A DNA stretch of 64,000 nucleotides, taken from NCBI GenBank assembly GCA_020723325.1, contig DYJD01000006.1, positions 143,465 to 207,464 on the forward strand, read 5' to 3'. Every line of letters begins with the position of its first letter. Positions within the stretch are counted from its first letter, which is position 1. The DNA comes from Desulfosudis oleivorans. GTDB lineage: Bacteria > Desulfobacterota > Desulfobacteria > Desulfobacterales > SURF-7. Positions 10,236-18,583 of the stretch are shown here, in pieces. A model generated the notes under the pieces. That model had not been told where the DNA came from. It saw nothing but the letters and a program-made list of their open reading frames with translations, and made no database searches. Made by a program: the position numbers and the translations under genes.

Positions 10236-11103
10236 CCATTTGCTCCAGGATTTGCCCCAGCAGGGCGGAAAGGGGCGCAGCCGCGGTCCGGGCCACCTGG
10301 ATGACGGCCTCCACGGTGGTCCGTTCCGGCCTGTCCGAATCATTCAGGTTAGTGATGATGGAAAGGCCCAGGATGCGCATGCCGGCATGTGCTGCGGCAA
10401 TGGCCTCCATAACGGTTGAAAACCCCACAGCATCGGCGCCGATCGAGCGCAGATAGCGGGTCTCCGCCGGGGTTTCCAAGGAAGGACCCAGCAACCCGGC
10501 ATAGCTGCCTTGTTGGAGTCTGAGATTCAGCTTTTTTGCCAGTCTGGCGGCCAGGGCGCGTAACTGGGGGTCATATACACTCGTCATATCCGGAAAGCGC
10601 GGTCCCCATTCGTCTTCGTTGGGTCCCCTCAACGGATTGCAGCCGGTAAGATTGATATGGTCCTTGATGGCCATGATATCGCCGGCCTGAAAATCCAGGT
10701 TCAAACCGCCGGCGGCATTTAGCAGAATCACGTTTTTCACGCCCAGGGCCTGCAGGATACGGATAGGCAATGTGACCTGCCGGGCATCATACCCTTCATA
10801 CAAGTGAAATCTTCCTTGCAGGACAAGGATGGACTTGCGGCCCAGGGTGCCGATCAAGAGCTTACCTGTATGGCCGATCACTGTGGCTGCTGGGAAATGA
10901 GGGATATGGGCATAATCCAAGGCCGTCTTCACCTCCATACCGGCCACGGCCTCCCCCAATCCGGTGCCGGTGAGAATCCCCGCAAGCGGCGTGGCTTGGA
11001 TCTGTTTGCGGATAAAATCCGCTGCTTCGGCTACTGTTTGCTTATCGATTTTGTTTCCTCCCCAGGCAAAGATAGTGATGCTGTAAATATCGGCTGCGAT
11101 CAT
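10207..11103 (-). CDS. Purine nucleoside phosphorylase (PunA/trimeric PNP family)
   Basis: Motifs GILTGTGLGE, QGRFHLYEGY, LLNAAGGLN, VGFSTVMEA. The start is uncertain. The ORF track begins at TTG 11199 and the first ATG is 11103. A strong GGAGG sits just upstream of an ATC at 11049, which would give the family-typical N-terminus xDKQTVAEAADFIRKQ. The gene overlaps the mtaD start by 29 nt. Confidence 0.8.
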   Translation of the reverse strand: MIAADIYSITIFAWGGNKIDKQTVAEAADFIRKQIQATPLAGILTGTGLGEAVAGMEVKTALDYAHIPHFPAATVIGHTGKLLIGTLGRKSILVLQGRFHLYEGYDARQVTLPIRILQALGVKNVILLNAAGGLNLDFQAGDIMAIKDHINLTGCNPLRGPNEDEWGPRFPDMTSVYDPQLRALAARLAKKLNLRLQQGSYAGLLGPSLETPAETRYLRSIGADAVGFSTVMEAIAAAHAGMRILGLSIITNLNDSDRPERTTVEAVIQVARTAAAPLSALLGQILEQMDEPPSTHPD

Positions 11104-11528
11104 TCTTGTAGCCGAATCGCGGCTGGAAGCCGCTCCCACAACGGAGAATGAGCGAATAAGATCAAATTCTTCATAATTCAGGAGGAACAAATCCGTCAAG
11201 GGGCAATCCAGGGGGGATCCATGGGAATCCCATGTAAACTTGGTACGGAAGCCGGGGTCGGTCAGCCCCGGCTTCCTTGGCCCTGGTTAGTGCGCTTCAT
11301 ATGGTAAGGAAACCCACATCCGCGTTTTTTTAATCCTTTTCTGTATCACCTGAATACACTCAAAATAGCGACCTATCTTTGCCTTGGTATCTTGATATAT
11401 GCGATTGCCCAGTTGACACAACTCCGCCCCCCTGATACAAACCGTTCAAAAACATAAAAGCGTTGTGCGTTTTGCCGGCGCTATAGTTGTGTTTTTCGTG
11501 GCTGAAACAAAATTGAATAGGTGATCCC

Positions 11529-11711
11529 ATGTCCTCCATGGATGAACAAATCCTGCGTACGGCCAAAGAAGTTGTGGTGAAGTTCATCGAGGTGGGCCGC
11601 ATTTCCCCGGCAGCCTTTGACGAATCCTTCCGGGCCATCTACCGCACGGTGGAAGAGGCTGTCCGCGGCCCCGGCAGCGAGCAGGGGGAAGACAAAGGGG
11701 AAACCAAATAA
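11529..11711 (+). CDS. Small hypothetical protein (60 aa)
   Basis: ATG ORF with coding-like composition, convergent with polA (stop 4 nt before the polA stop). A TTGACA-N17-TACAAA box lies upstream. No recognisable domain. Confidence 0.4.
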   Translation: MSSMDEQILRTAKEVVVKFIEVGRISPAAFDESFRAIYRTVEEAVRGPGSEQGEDKGETK

Positions 11712-11715
11712 TGGT

Positions 11716-14394
11716 CTAATGGGCTTCGGCCCAATTCCCACCCTCGGCAATGTTGACCTTCAGGGGAACCCTGAGGTTCCAGACCCCTTCCATCAAGCTT
11801 GTCACCATTTTGGTGACCGGCGCAAGCTCCGCCGGCGGGACTTCAAAAACCAGTTCATCATGCACGGACAGCAGCATGGCTGCCTGAAATTTCTCTTTTT
11901 CAAAGGCCGCGGCAATATGGATCATGGCCAGCTTGATCAGGTCGGCGGCGGTGCCCTGAATGGGTGTGTTGATGGCGATCCGTTCCGCGAACTGCCGCAG
12001 ATTCTGGTTGCTGCTGTTGATGTCCGGCAACAGGCGGATGCGGCCCAGGAGGGTGTTGGTGCGGCCGGTTTTGCGGGTTACGGCGATGGTCTCGTCAATG
12101 AAGCGTTTGACGCCCTGGTAACGGGCAAAATAGTGATCAATATAAGTTTTGGCCATTTTCTGGCTGATGCCCAGGGTCCTGGAAAGGCCGAAGGGGCTCA
12201 TGCCGTAAATGATGCCGAAATTGATGGCCTTGGCCTGGCGCCGGATTTCCGGGGTGATGAAAGCCGGCAGCATTTCAAACACCTCGCTGGCCGTGCGGGT
12301 ATGAATATCCTCCTCTTGTTCAAAGGCGCTGATCAGGATGGGATCTTCCGAATAGTGGGCCAGAATGCGCAGTTCGATCTGGGAGTAATCGGCTGAAACC
12401 AGCTTCCAGCCCGGCCTGGGGATGAAGGCCCGGCGGATCTCGCGGCCGTCGTCGTCCCGCACCGGGATATTCTGGAGATTGGGGTCTGAGCTGCTCAACC
12501 GGCCGGTGGCGGTGATGGTCTGGTTGTAAGAGGTATGGATGCGCCGGGTTTGCGGATGAATCAGGTCCAGCAGGGCATCGGCATAGGTGGATTTCAGTTT
12601 GGCCAGGGTGCGGTGCTTCAGCACCAGGGCCGGCAGTTCATGCTTGTCGGCCAGGAGGGTCAGCACTTCCACATCGGTTGAATAACCGGTCTTTTTCTTG
12701 GTCTTTTTTTGAACCGGTAGCTTAAGCTTTTCAAACAGGATGTCCCCCAGTTGCTGGGAGGATTTGATATTGAAGGTTTCGCCGGCCGCGGCGTAAATGT
12801 CCGCCTCGAGGCGGTCCAGACGGATTTCAAAGGATTTGGACAAGTCCCGCAATTTGTCCTGGTCCACACAGATCCCCTGCATTTCCATCTTCATCAGAAT
12901 TTCCACCAGGGGCATTTCCACCTTTTCAAACAATTCAGTCAAGCCGGCAGAGGCAAGCAGCGGGCCTAGGACCTGATAGGCCTTGAGGGTCATGTCAGCG
13001 TCTTCGCTGGAGTAGATTATGGCTTTTTCCAAAGGCACGGCGGCAAAGCTGACGGCGGTCTTGCCTTTACCGGCCACTTCCTCGTAGGAGATCATCTTAT
13101 GCCCGAGAAAATCCAGGGCGATCTGATCCAGGCTGTGGGCCCGCTTGGAAGGATCAATGAGATAAGAAGCCAGCATGGTGTCAAAGACCACGCCGTTCAA
13201 CGGCAGGCCGTGGCGTTTCAAGACGATCCAATCATATTTGATATTTTGGCCGATCTTTTGGAGCCGGGAATCGGCCAGGAGCGGCCCCAGGCAGGTAGCC
13301 ACTTCTGTGAGGGGTAGTTGTCCGGCGGCATCGTCGCCGGTATGGCCCACGGGGATATAGAAAGCCTCATCCGGCCGGTATGCCACTGAAATACCCACCA
13401 GGCGGGCCTGCATGGGGTCGATGGAAGTGGTTTCCGTATCGATGGCAAAGCGGCCGGCGGCGGAGAGATTTTCAACCAGGGTCTGCAGCGAGGCAAGACT
13501 TTTCACCCCGTAGTACTTTTTCTCCGCCATGTCTTTGGGTGCCGCGACCTGTTGCTGCAATTGCCGAAATTCCAACTCCTGATAAAGGGCGGCCAGTTTT
13601 TCGTTAAGGGCGCTCTTGACCTTGAATTCCTCGGGCTCAAAGGCAACCGGTGCATGTTTGTTGATGGTCACCAGCTCTTGGCTGAGCAATGCCTGGCTTT
13701 TGAAATTCAAGAGCTTTTCACGCTGTTTCAACTGGGGCACTTGATCGAGCTGCTCATATAAAAGCGCCAGGCTGCCGAAGCGCTGGATCAAAGCCGCCGC
13801 GGTTTTGGGGCCGATGCCGGGCACGCCCGGAATGTTGTCCGAGGTATCGCCGGACAAGGCCATGACATCGATCATCTGGGCCGGGGCGACGCCGTGGAGG
13901 CTGCGGATGCCGGCTGTGTCCACTTGGCTGTCCTTCATGGGGTCCCAGATGACGGTGTTTTCCGTGACCAATTGCATGAAATCCTTGTCGCCGGTCACCA
14001 TGACCACGGCAAATCCGCTTTCCTCGGCCAGGCGGGCAATGGTGCCGATCAGATCGTCGGCCTCGAAGCCGGTAAGTTCCAATTGTTTCAGGTTGAAGCC
14101 TTCCACAACCGCCTTGATATAGGGGAGCTGAACCGCAAGATCATCCGGCATGGGCGGGCGATTGGCCTTGTAATCGGAATAAACAGCATGGCGGAAGGTG
14201 GGGCCTTTGGCGTCAAAAAAGACCGCGGCAAATTCCGGCGCTTTGTCCGCCATCAATTTCAGGATCATCTTGGTAAAACCGAAGACCGCATTGGTGGGCA
14301 GGCCTTTTGAATTGGACAGGTTGCGGATGGCATGGTAGGCTCGATAAATATAGGCGCTGCCATCGATGAGATAGATGGTTTGGCGATGGGTCAT
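11716..14394 (-). CDS. polA: DNA polymerase I
   Basis: 892 aa. It has a 5'-3' exonuclease N-terminus (IYLIDGSAYIYRAYHA), a 3'-5' exonuclease domain (FAIDTETTS) and Pol A motifs (DYSQIELRILAH, RRQAKAINFGIIYG, QVHDELVFE-like SVHDELVFEV). Confidence 0.97.
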   Translation of the reverse strand: MTHRQTIYLIDGSAYIYRAYHAIRNLSNSKGLPTNAVFGFTKMILKLMADKAPEFAAVFFDAKGPTFRHAVYSDYKANRPPMPDDLAVQLPYIKAVVEGFNLKQLELTGFEADDLIGTIARLAEESGFAVVMVTGDKDFMQLVTENTVIWDPMKDSQVDTAGIRSLHGVAPAQMIDVMALSGDTSDNIPGVPGIGPKTAAALIQRFGSLALLYEQLDQVPQLKQREKLLNFKSQALLSQELVTINKHAPVAFEPEEFKVKSALNEKLAALYQELEFRQLQQQVAAPKDMAEKKYYGVKSLASLQTLVENLSAAGRFAIDTETTSIDPMQARLVGISVAYRPDEAFYIPVGHTGDDAAGQLPLTEVATCLGPLLADSRLQKIGQNIKYDWIVLKRHGLPLNGVVFDTMLASYLIDPSKRAHSLDQIALDFLGHKMISYEEVAGKGKTAVSFAAVPLEKAIIYSSEDADMTLKAYQVLGPLLASAGLTELFEKVEMPLVEILMKMEMQGICVDQDKLRDLSKSFEIRLDRLEADIYAAAGETFNIKSSQQLGDILFEKLKLPVQKKTKKKTGYSTDVEVLTLLADKHELPALVLKHRTLAKLKSTYADALLDLIHPQTRRIHTSYNQTITATGRLSSSDPNLQNIPVRDDDGREIRRAFIPRPGWKLVSADYSQIELRILAHYSEDPILISAFEQEEDIHTRTASEVFEMLPAFITPEIRRQAKAINFGIIYGMSPFGLSRTLGISQKMAKTYIDHYFARYQGVKRFIDETIAVTRKTGRTNTLLGRIRLLPDINSSNQNLRQFAERIAINTPIQGTAADLIKLAMIHIAAAFEKEKFQAAMLLSVHDELVFEVPPAELAPVTKMVTSLMEGVWNLRVPLKVNIAEGGNWAEAH

Positions 14395-14512
14395 GGCGAT
14401 TTTCCTGATAAATTATTGACGGCTTGAAAAAAATCCGTAGTATAGTAGCTCGCATTAACACGAACGGCGGGAAACGACAAGTGCCAGGTACCGGAATTTT
14501 AAGGTGGAATAG

Positions 14513-14737
14513 ATGACCGGCGTTTCAGAACAAGCGGCGCAGCGAAAGAAACAACGGCGCAGCAGAAGCACGGCTTGCTGCTGCTGTCGGCGGGAAATGC
14601 CGTTCTGTTGGCAGTGCCGCTGCGGCTTCAGTATTTGCCAGACCTGCATGAATGAAAACGTCTGGGGCATGTCCTGCAACGGCATCACCTGGCAGTGCCC
14701 GGACTGCGGCGCCCAGAACGGATTCGGCAACCAATGA
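14513..14737 (+). CDS. Cys-rich small protein (74 aa, 12 Cys), putative zinc-binding
   Basis: AAGGTGG lies 6 nt upstream of the ATG, and a TTGACG..TAGTAT/TATAGT box lies upstream. Sequence: basic N-terminus (QRKKQRRSRS), then CCCCRREMPFCWQCRCGFSICQTCMNENVWGMSCNGITWQCPDCGAQN. It ends 28 nt before the AsmA-like gene. Confidence 0.5.
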   Translation: MTGVSEQAAQRKKQRRSRSTACCCCRREMPFCWQCRCGFSICQTCMNENVWGMSCNGITWQCPDCGAQNGFGNQ

Positions 14738-14765
14738 GGAGCCTTTAAAATCCAAACCCATTTTC

Positions 14766-17700
14766 ATGAATAATTTCCTGCGTAAAATCAGCGTGGCGGT
14801 ATTTATCGTGCTTTTATCGGTCCTGGCGGGCGGGGGCTATTATTTCAGCCGAATCCTGCTGGATCAGAACAGGTTGCGCGGCTTGATTCAAGCCGAGATC
14901 CAGCGCAAACTGGGGCAGGCCATTGCCATCGGCCAGGTCAAGCTGAGTCTTGGGGATGGTCTCAGCGTGGATTTGAGCGCGATTCAATTGGGGCAAGCCG
15001 AACACATGTATTTATCGGCCGGCAATGTCAAGCTGCGCCTCTCCATTTGGGGGCTCATCCTGGGGCGCGAGGCTATTCAGAGTATACTTCTGACCAGCCC
15101 CCACCTGATGCTGCGCCTGGATGATCTGACCAAAGACCGGTCTTTTGAAGAACAAGCCTTTCCCACCATGGAAATGGAGGATGGGGCCGTTACCGTTCTT
15201 TTCAAGGACCGGGAATTCGTTCTTTCCCATTTGAACGGCCGGGTGGATGTCCAGGCCCTCCAACTCACCGCCCGTTTTCTGAACGCGGAAACCCAGATTT
15301 TCATGCATATCCTCAAATCCGGCTGGAAAGGCGAAGTCAATATCAAGGCCTTGCCCCTGCATGAATTGAATCAGGACATCAACGGCACGGCTGATCTGGA
15401 AATCCGGGCTGAAAAAGCCGGGCAAGAAAGTCTTGTTGTTGAAACCATTCTGAAAGCCAAGGCCTTATCCTTTCCGGGCGGCGGCCAGCCCATCCAGGAG
15501 CTGGAAGGCCGGCTGGCAGCCGGGCTGTCTGCCGGCAGCCTGGAATTGTCCACTGTCAGGATTGGGACGCCCTTCATAAATATATCCGGCCAGGCCGGGC
15601 TGAACAGCGGCTGGAATTTTGAGAAACTTGAAACCGCGGATTTGCAATTCACGCTGGCCACCGACACTTTTGACTATGAGGAATTGATCCGCCACCTGCC
15701 CCTCAAAATCCTGCCGGACTGGCTGACCGTGCTGCTTGCCCGCCAGATCCGCAACGGCCGGGCCCGTCTGGAATCCATCACCTATACCGGTCCTTTAAGT
15801 GATTTCAATGCCCAAGGGGATTTTTTCAAGCGCCTGAATATCAACGGCGAGATTTTAGGGGCAAGCTTCGGCGCCGGTCACAGCCAGGACCGCATCACCG
15901 ATATCCAGGCCGCGGTGAAGACCAGCGGCGGGGACTTGATTTTCAACAATATTCAGGGAACGCTTGAAAATATGCGCATGGGTTCGGTGAATCTGCTTTT
16001 TCCCGGCATCCTCCTTGAAGGCCGGCGGGTGGAAGTGAACGTGGATGTGGAGCTGCCCGGGCCCCATTTTTTGAAAGCCTTTCGGGCCGGGATGTGGCCC
16101 GAGGCGGTCTTTCATCTGCTGGATCCATTGGACCAGGTCCAAGGCGGCCTGGTTTCCGCCCAAGTGGTTTACCAGGAAGGCATGAGCGGCAAAAAGCCGC
16201 TGATCAAAGGCAATGTCCGGGTACAGGACGGTAGTTTCACCTGGGGCAAGCGTGTGTTTCAGCATCTTTCCGGCACGGCTGCGGCTGGGGAATTCGGCCG
16301 GCCGGTGCATGCGGAGTTGACCGGAACCCTCAACGGTTTTCCTGTGCGCCGCCTGGATCTGGATATCCAGGAACCCCTGGGCGAGGCCCGTTATCGTTTC
16401 CAACTGGAAGCAGCCCAATTGCCCCAGACCAATCGTTTCGCCCTGGATCCCACCGGCCGCATTCTGGTAACCGGCACAGGCAAGGGCAATACCATCAACG
16501 GCGGAGTCGAGATTCAATGCCAGGGGTTTGAACTCCTGGGCCGACACTACCGCCTGCCGGAAGGAAGGCTGGAAGGCGCGGGCAAAATAACCGCCCGCTT
16601 GTGGCCGACGTTTTCCCTTGAGCTCACCGATTTGGAGCTGAAAATGCCGGACGGCCGCATGCGTTTGGAGCATCACTGGTCGGAAGAGTCCGGCAGTCTT
16701 TTCTTGCTGGGAACCATTGCGGCCCAGGAAATCATCGATGGCCAACCCAGCCCCAGGCATCCGCTCAAGGGGCATGTTCAGCTCAAGCTGGGCTGGGACC
16801 AGTCCAGGCCCTTCTCCGGTCAAATCCAATTTTCAGATTTCATTGTCCATCAGGGCGGGAGCCTGGTGATTGTCAACGGCCCCCTGGCCCTGGAGGGCGA
16901 CCTGCTTTCCACAAAAAGCCTCAGCCTGTTGCGCAACAACACTCATTTTCTTGTTTCAGGGGAATACCGGCAAGGAACACCGGCCCGCTTCAGCGGCAAT
17001 GCCGCCATCCAGGGTTTGAAGGTCGGCAAGCAGGATAGTGAAGAGACGAAATTGCCGGAGGATGTCATTGTCGAAGCCGGCCTGACATTCAGCGACCTGG
17101 AATTCTATGACATTCCATTTGAAACCGGCAGCACCAAGGCCCGGCTGGAAAACGGCCGGTTGAAATTATACGGAACCGACCTGAACGGCCCAAACGGCTC
17201 CATCAAGGGGGAAGTGGAAATGGCCAAGGCCGAGCCGACCCGGCTGGATCTTCACCTGGATTTGCAGGATCAGGGCGTGCAGCGCCTGCTGAATACGCAT
17301 TATGCGGATAAAGACTTGATCCAAGGCAAGCTGGAAATGAAGGGCCGGATTGCGGGGACCCTCAAGGAACTCGACGGCCGCTTATCCTTCTCGGCCAAGA
17401 ACGGCCATACCATGAAATCCTCCCTGGTCACCAAATTGTTCGGGGCCTTGAATTTTTATAAGATCATCAAGTCCCGCAATCTGGATTTAAAGGAGGAGCG
17501 CTTTGCCTTCAACAACATTCGGGTCAATTTGGATCTGAAACAAGGCCGGGCCGGATTTGATGATTTTTATCTGGACAGCGATTCCATTCAATTGTCGGCG
17601 GTGGGCGCATATGCTGTCAATACCGGCGAGATCGACGCCCTGGTGGGGGTCCAGCCCCTGGAGACCATTGACCGGGCCGTCAGTGCCATTCCGGTGATCG

Positions 17701-17900
17701 GCTGGGTGCTCACCGGCGACGACGGCAAACTCATCGTGGTCACCCTGAGCATCAAAGGCACAACCGCTAAACCCGAGATCGAACTTGCGCCGGTGAATGC
17801 GGTTTCAGCCTCCATGGCCGATACCCTGCTCCGGGTTCTGCAGTTGCCCGAACACATCATCAGCAAATCAAAGTCGTTGATTTCCGTTAAAAAGAATTGA
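14766..17900 (+). CDS. AsmA-family / YhdP-like large envelope protein
   Basis: The ORF 14652..17900 is trimmed to MNNFLRKISVAVFIVLLSVLAGGGYYF, an N-terminal membrane anchor. The ~1040-aa body is beta-rich. The C-terminal segment (DSDSIQLSAVGAYAVNTGEIDALVGVQPL..IPVIGWVLTGDDGKLIVVTLSIKGTTAKPEI) is typical of the AsmA_2/YhdP C-terminus. Confidence 0.7.
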   Translation: MNNFLRKISVAVFIVLLSVLAGGGYYFSRILLDQNRLRGLIQAEIQRKLGQAIAIGQVKLSLGDGLSVDLSAIQLGQAEHMYLSAGNVKLRLSIWGLILGREAIQSILLTSPHLMLRLDDLTKDRSFEEQAFPTMEMEDGAVTVLFKDREFVLSHLNGRVDVQALQLTARFLNAETQIFMHILKSGWKGEVNIKALPLHELNQDINGTADLEIRAEKAGQESLVVETILKAKALSFPGGGQPIQELEGRLAAGLSAGSLELSTVRIGTPFINISGQAGLNSGWNFEKLETADLQFTLATDTFDYEELIRHLPLKILPDWLTVLLARQIRNGRARLESITYTGPLSDFNAQGDFFKRLNINGEILGASFGAGHSQDRITDIQAAVKTSGGDLIFNNIQGTLENMRMGSVNLLFPGILLEGRRVEVNVDVELPGPHFLKAFRAGMWPEAVFHLLDPLDQVQGGLVSAQVVYQEGMSGKKPLIKGNVRVQDGSFTWGKRVFQHLSGTAAAGEFGRPVHAELTGTLNGFPVRRLDLDIQEPLGEARYRFQLEAAQLPQTNRFALDPTGRILVTGTGKGNTINGGVEIQCQGFELLGRHYRLPEGRLEGAGKITARLWPTFSLELTDLELKMPDGRMRLEHHWSEESGSLFLLGTIAAQEIIDGQPSPRHPLKGHVQLKLGWDQSRPFSGQIQFSDFIVHQGGSLVIVNGPLALEGDLLSTKSLSLLRNNTHFLVSGEYRQGTPARFSGNAAIQGLKVGKQDSEETKLPEDVIVEAGLTFSDLEFYDIPFETGSTKARLENGRLKLYGTDLNGPNGSIKGEVEMAKAEPTRLDLHLDLQDQGVQRLLNTHYADKDLIQGKLEMKGRIAGTLKELDGRLSFSAKNGHTMKSSLVTKLFGALNFYKIIKSRNLDLKEERFAFNNIRVNLDLKQGRAGFDDFYLDSDSIQLSAVGAYAVNTGEIDALVGVQPLETIDRAVSAIPVIGWVLTGDDGKLIVVTLSIKGTTAKPEIELAPVNAVSASMADTLLRVLQLPEHIISKSKSLISVKKN

Positions 17901-17985
17901 AGCTGAGGATTGATCGATAGGATTCCGACGGGTTGGGCCGGCTCGGAATTATATGCGAAGGATCAACGCTGCGATTTGAGTGGTA

Positions 17986-18171
17986 TTAGGGTTCGGTTGA
18001 ATCTTTTTTATTCTCGAGCTGTTCCTTTTTTTCGCCTTCGGACGTGGCATTTTTAAAATTGCGAATGCCCTTGCCCAGCCCGGCGCCGATTTCCGGTAAT
18101 TTCCCGGCGCCGAATATGATCAGGACAATTACCAGGACGACCAGTAATTCCGACATGCCGATACCAAACAT
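17986..18171 (-). CDS. tatA: Twin-arginine translocase subunit TatA/E
   Basis: [40 protein letters not shown] is the canonical TatA TM plus amphipathic helix. Confidence 0.95.
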   Translation of the reverse strand: MFGIGMSELLVVLVIVLIIFGAGKLPEIGAGLGKGIRNFKNATSEGEKKEQLENKKDSTEP

Positions 18172-18275
18172 AGAGACCTCCTCTTATTTCATTGTTGAAA
18201 AAGGTATATCACCGGGTTTGGTGTGTGTCAACCGACCGTAATGGTGATAATGGGGGAAGCGCGGGTGGTTTTTTT

Positions 18276-18432
18276 CGGGGTCGGGGTCGCTATCGGTATC
18301 GGGGTCGCCCGTTAATGGCAATAGAATAAACAAGAAAAGGCTCCTTCTATAGTGAATCGTTTGTATTAACGACGTATTGAAAAATGGAATTGTTTTCGAT
18401 ACCGATACCGACCCCGATACCGACCCCGAGCG
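18276..18432. repeat. Inverted pair of hexanucleotide tandem repeats flanking an A/T-rich 89-bp core
   Basis: Left arm 18276-18307: cggggt cggggt cgctat cggtat cggggt cg. Right arm 18397-18432: cgatac cgatac cgaccc cgatac cgaccc cgagcg, i.e. the complement of the same (CGGKRT)n unit. It lies in the tatA / MetE-like divergent intergenic region. Confidence 0.8.
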
Positions 18433-18583
18433 ATAAGGATATTTTGCACGCAATCGTACTGAAGGCGACAAATGATAGTTTTCGAAATCCCTTGAGAACT
18501 TCGGCAGAATCGACTATCTATAAATTTTGTTACTCATGCCGCACGTTATCTGCTCAAGCGGCAACTTCAGGAAAGGAGCTCAT

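Noticed and set aside
18276-18432. The tandem or inverted short repeats considered as a CRISPR array. No CRISPR was found anywhere in the window.
   Set aside because: The repeat unit is 6 bp without unique spacers, and no cas genes are present.
18184-18583. ORFs 18184-18471(-), and the 5' part of 18384-18734(+) and 18527-19672(+), crossing the hexamer repeats.
   Set aside because: Their unusual peptides (DTDSDPDPE, IPIPTPIPTP) are just translations of the hexanucleotide repeat arms. The real downstream gene has a good SD and ATG at 18584.
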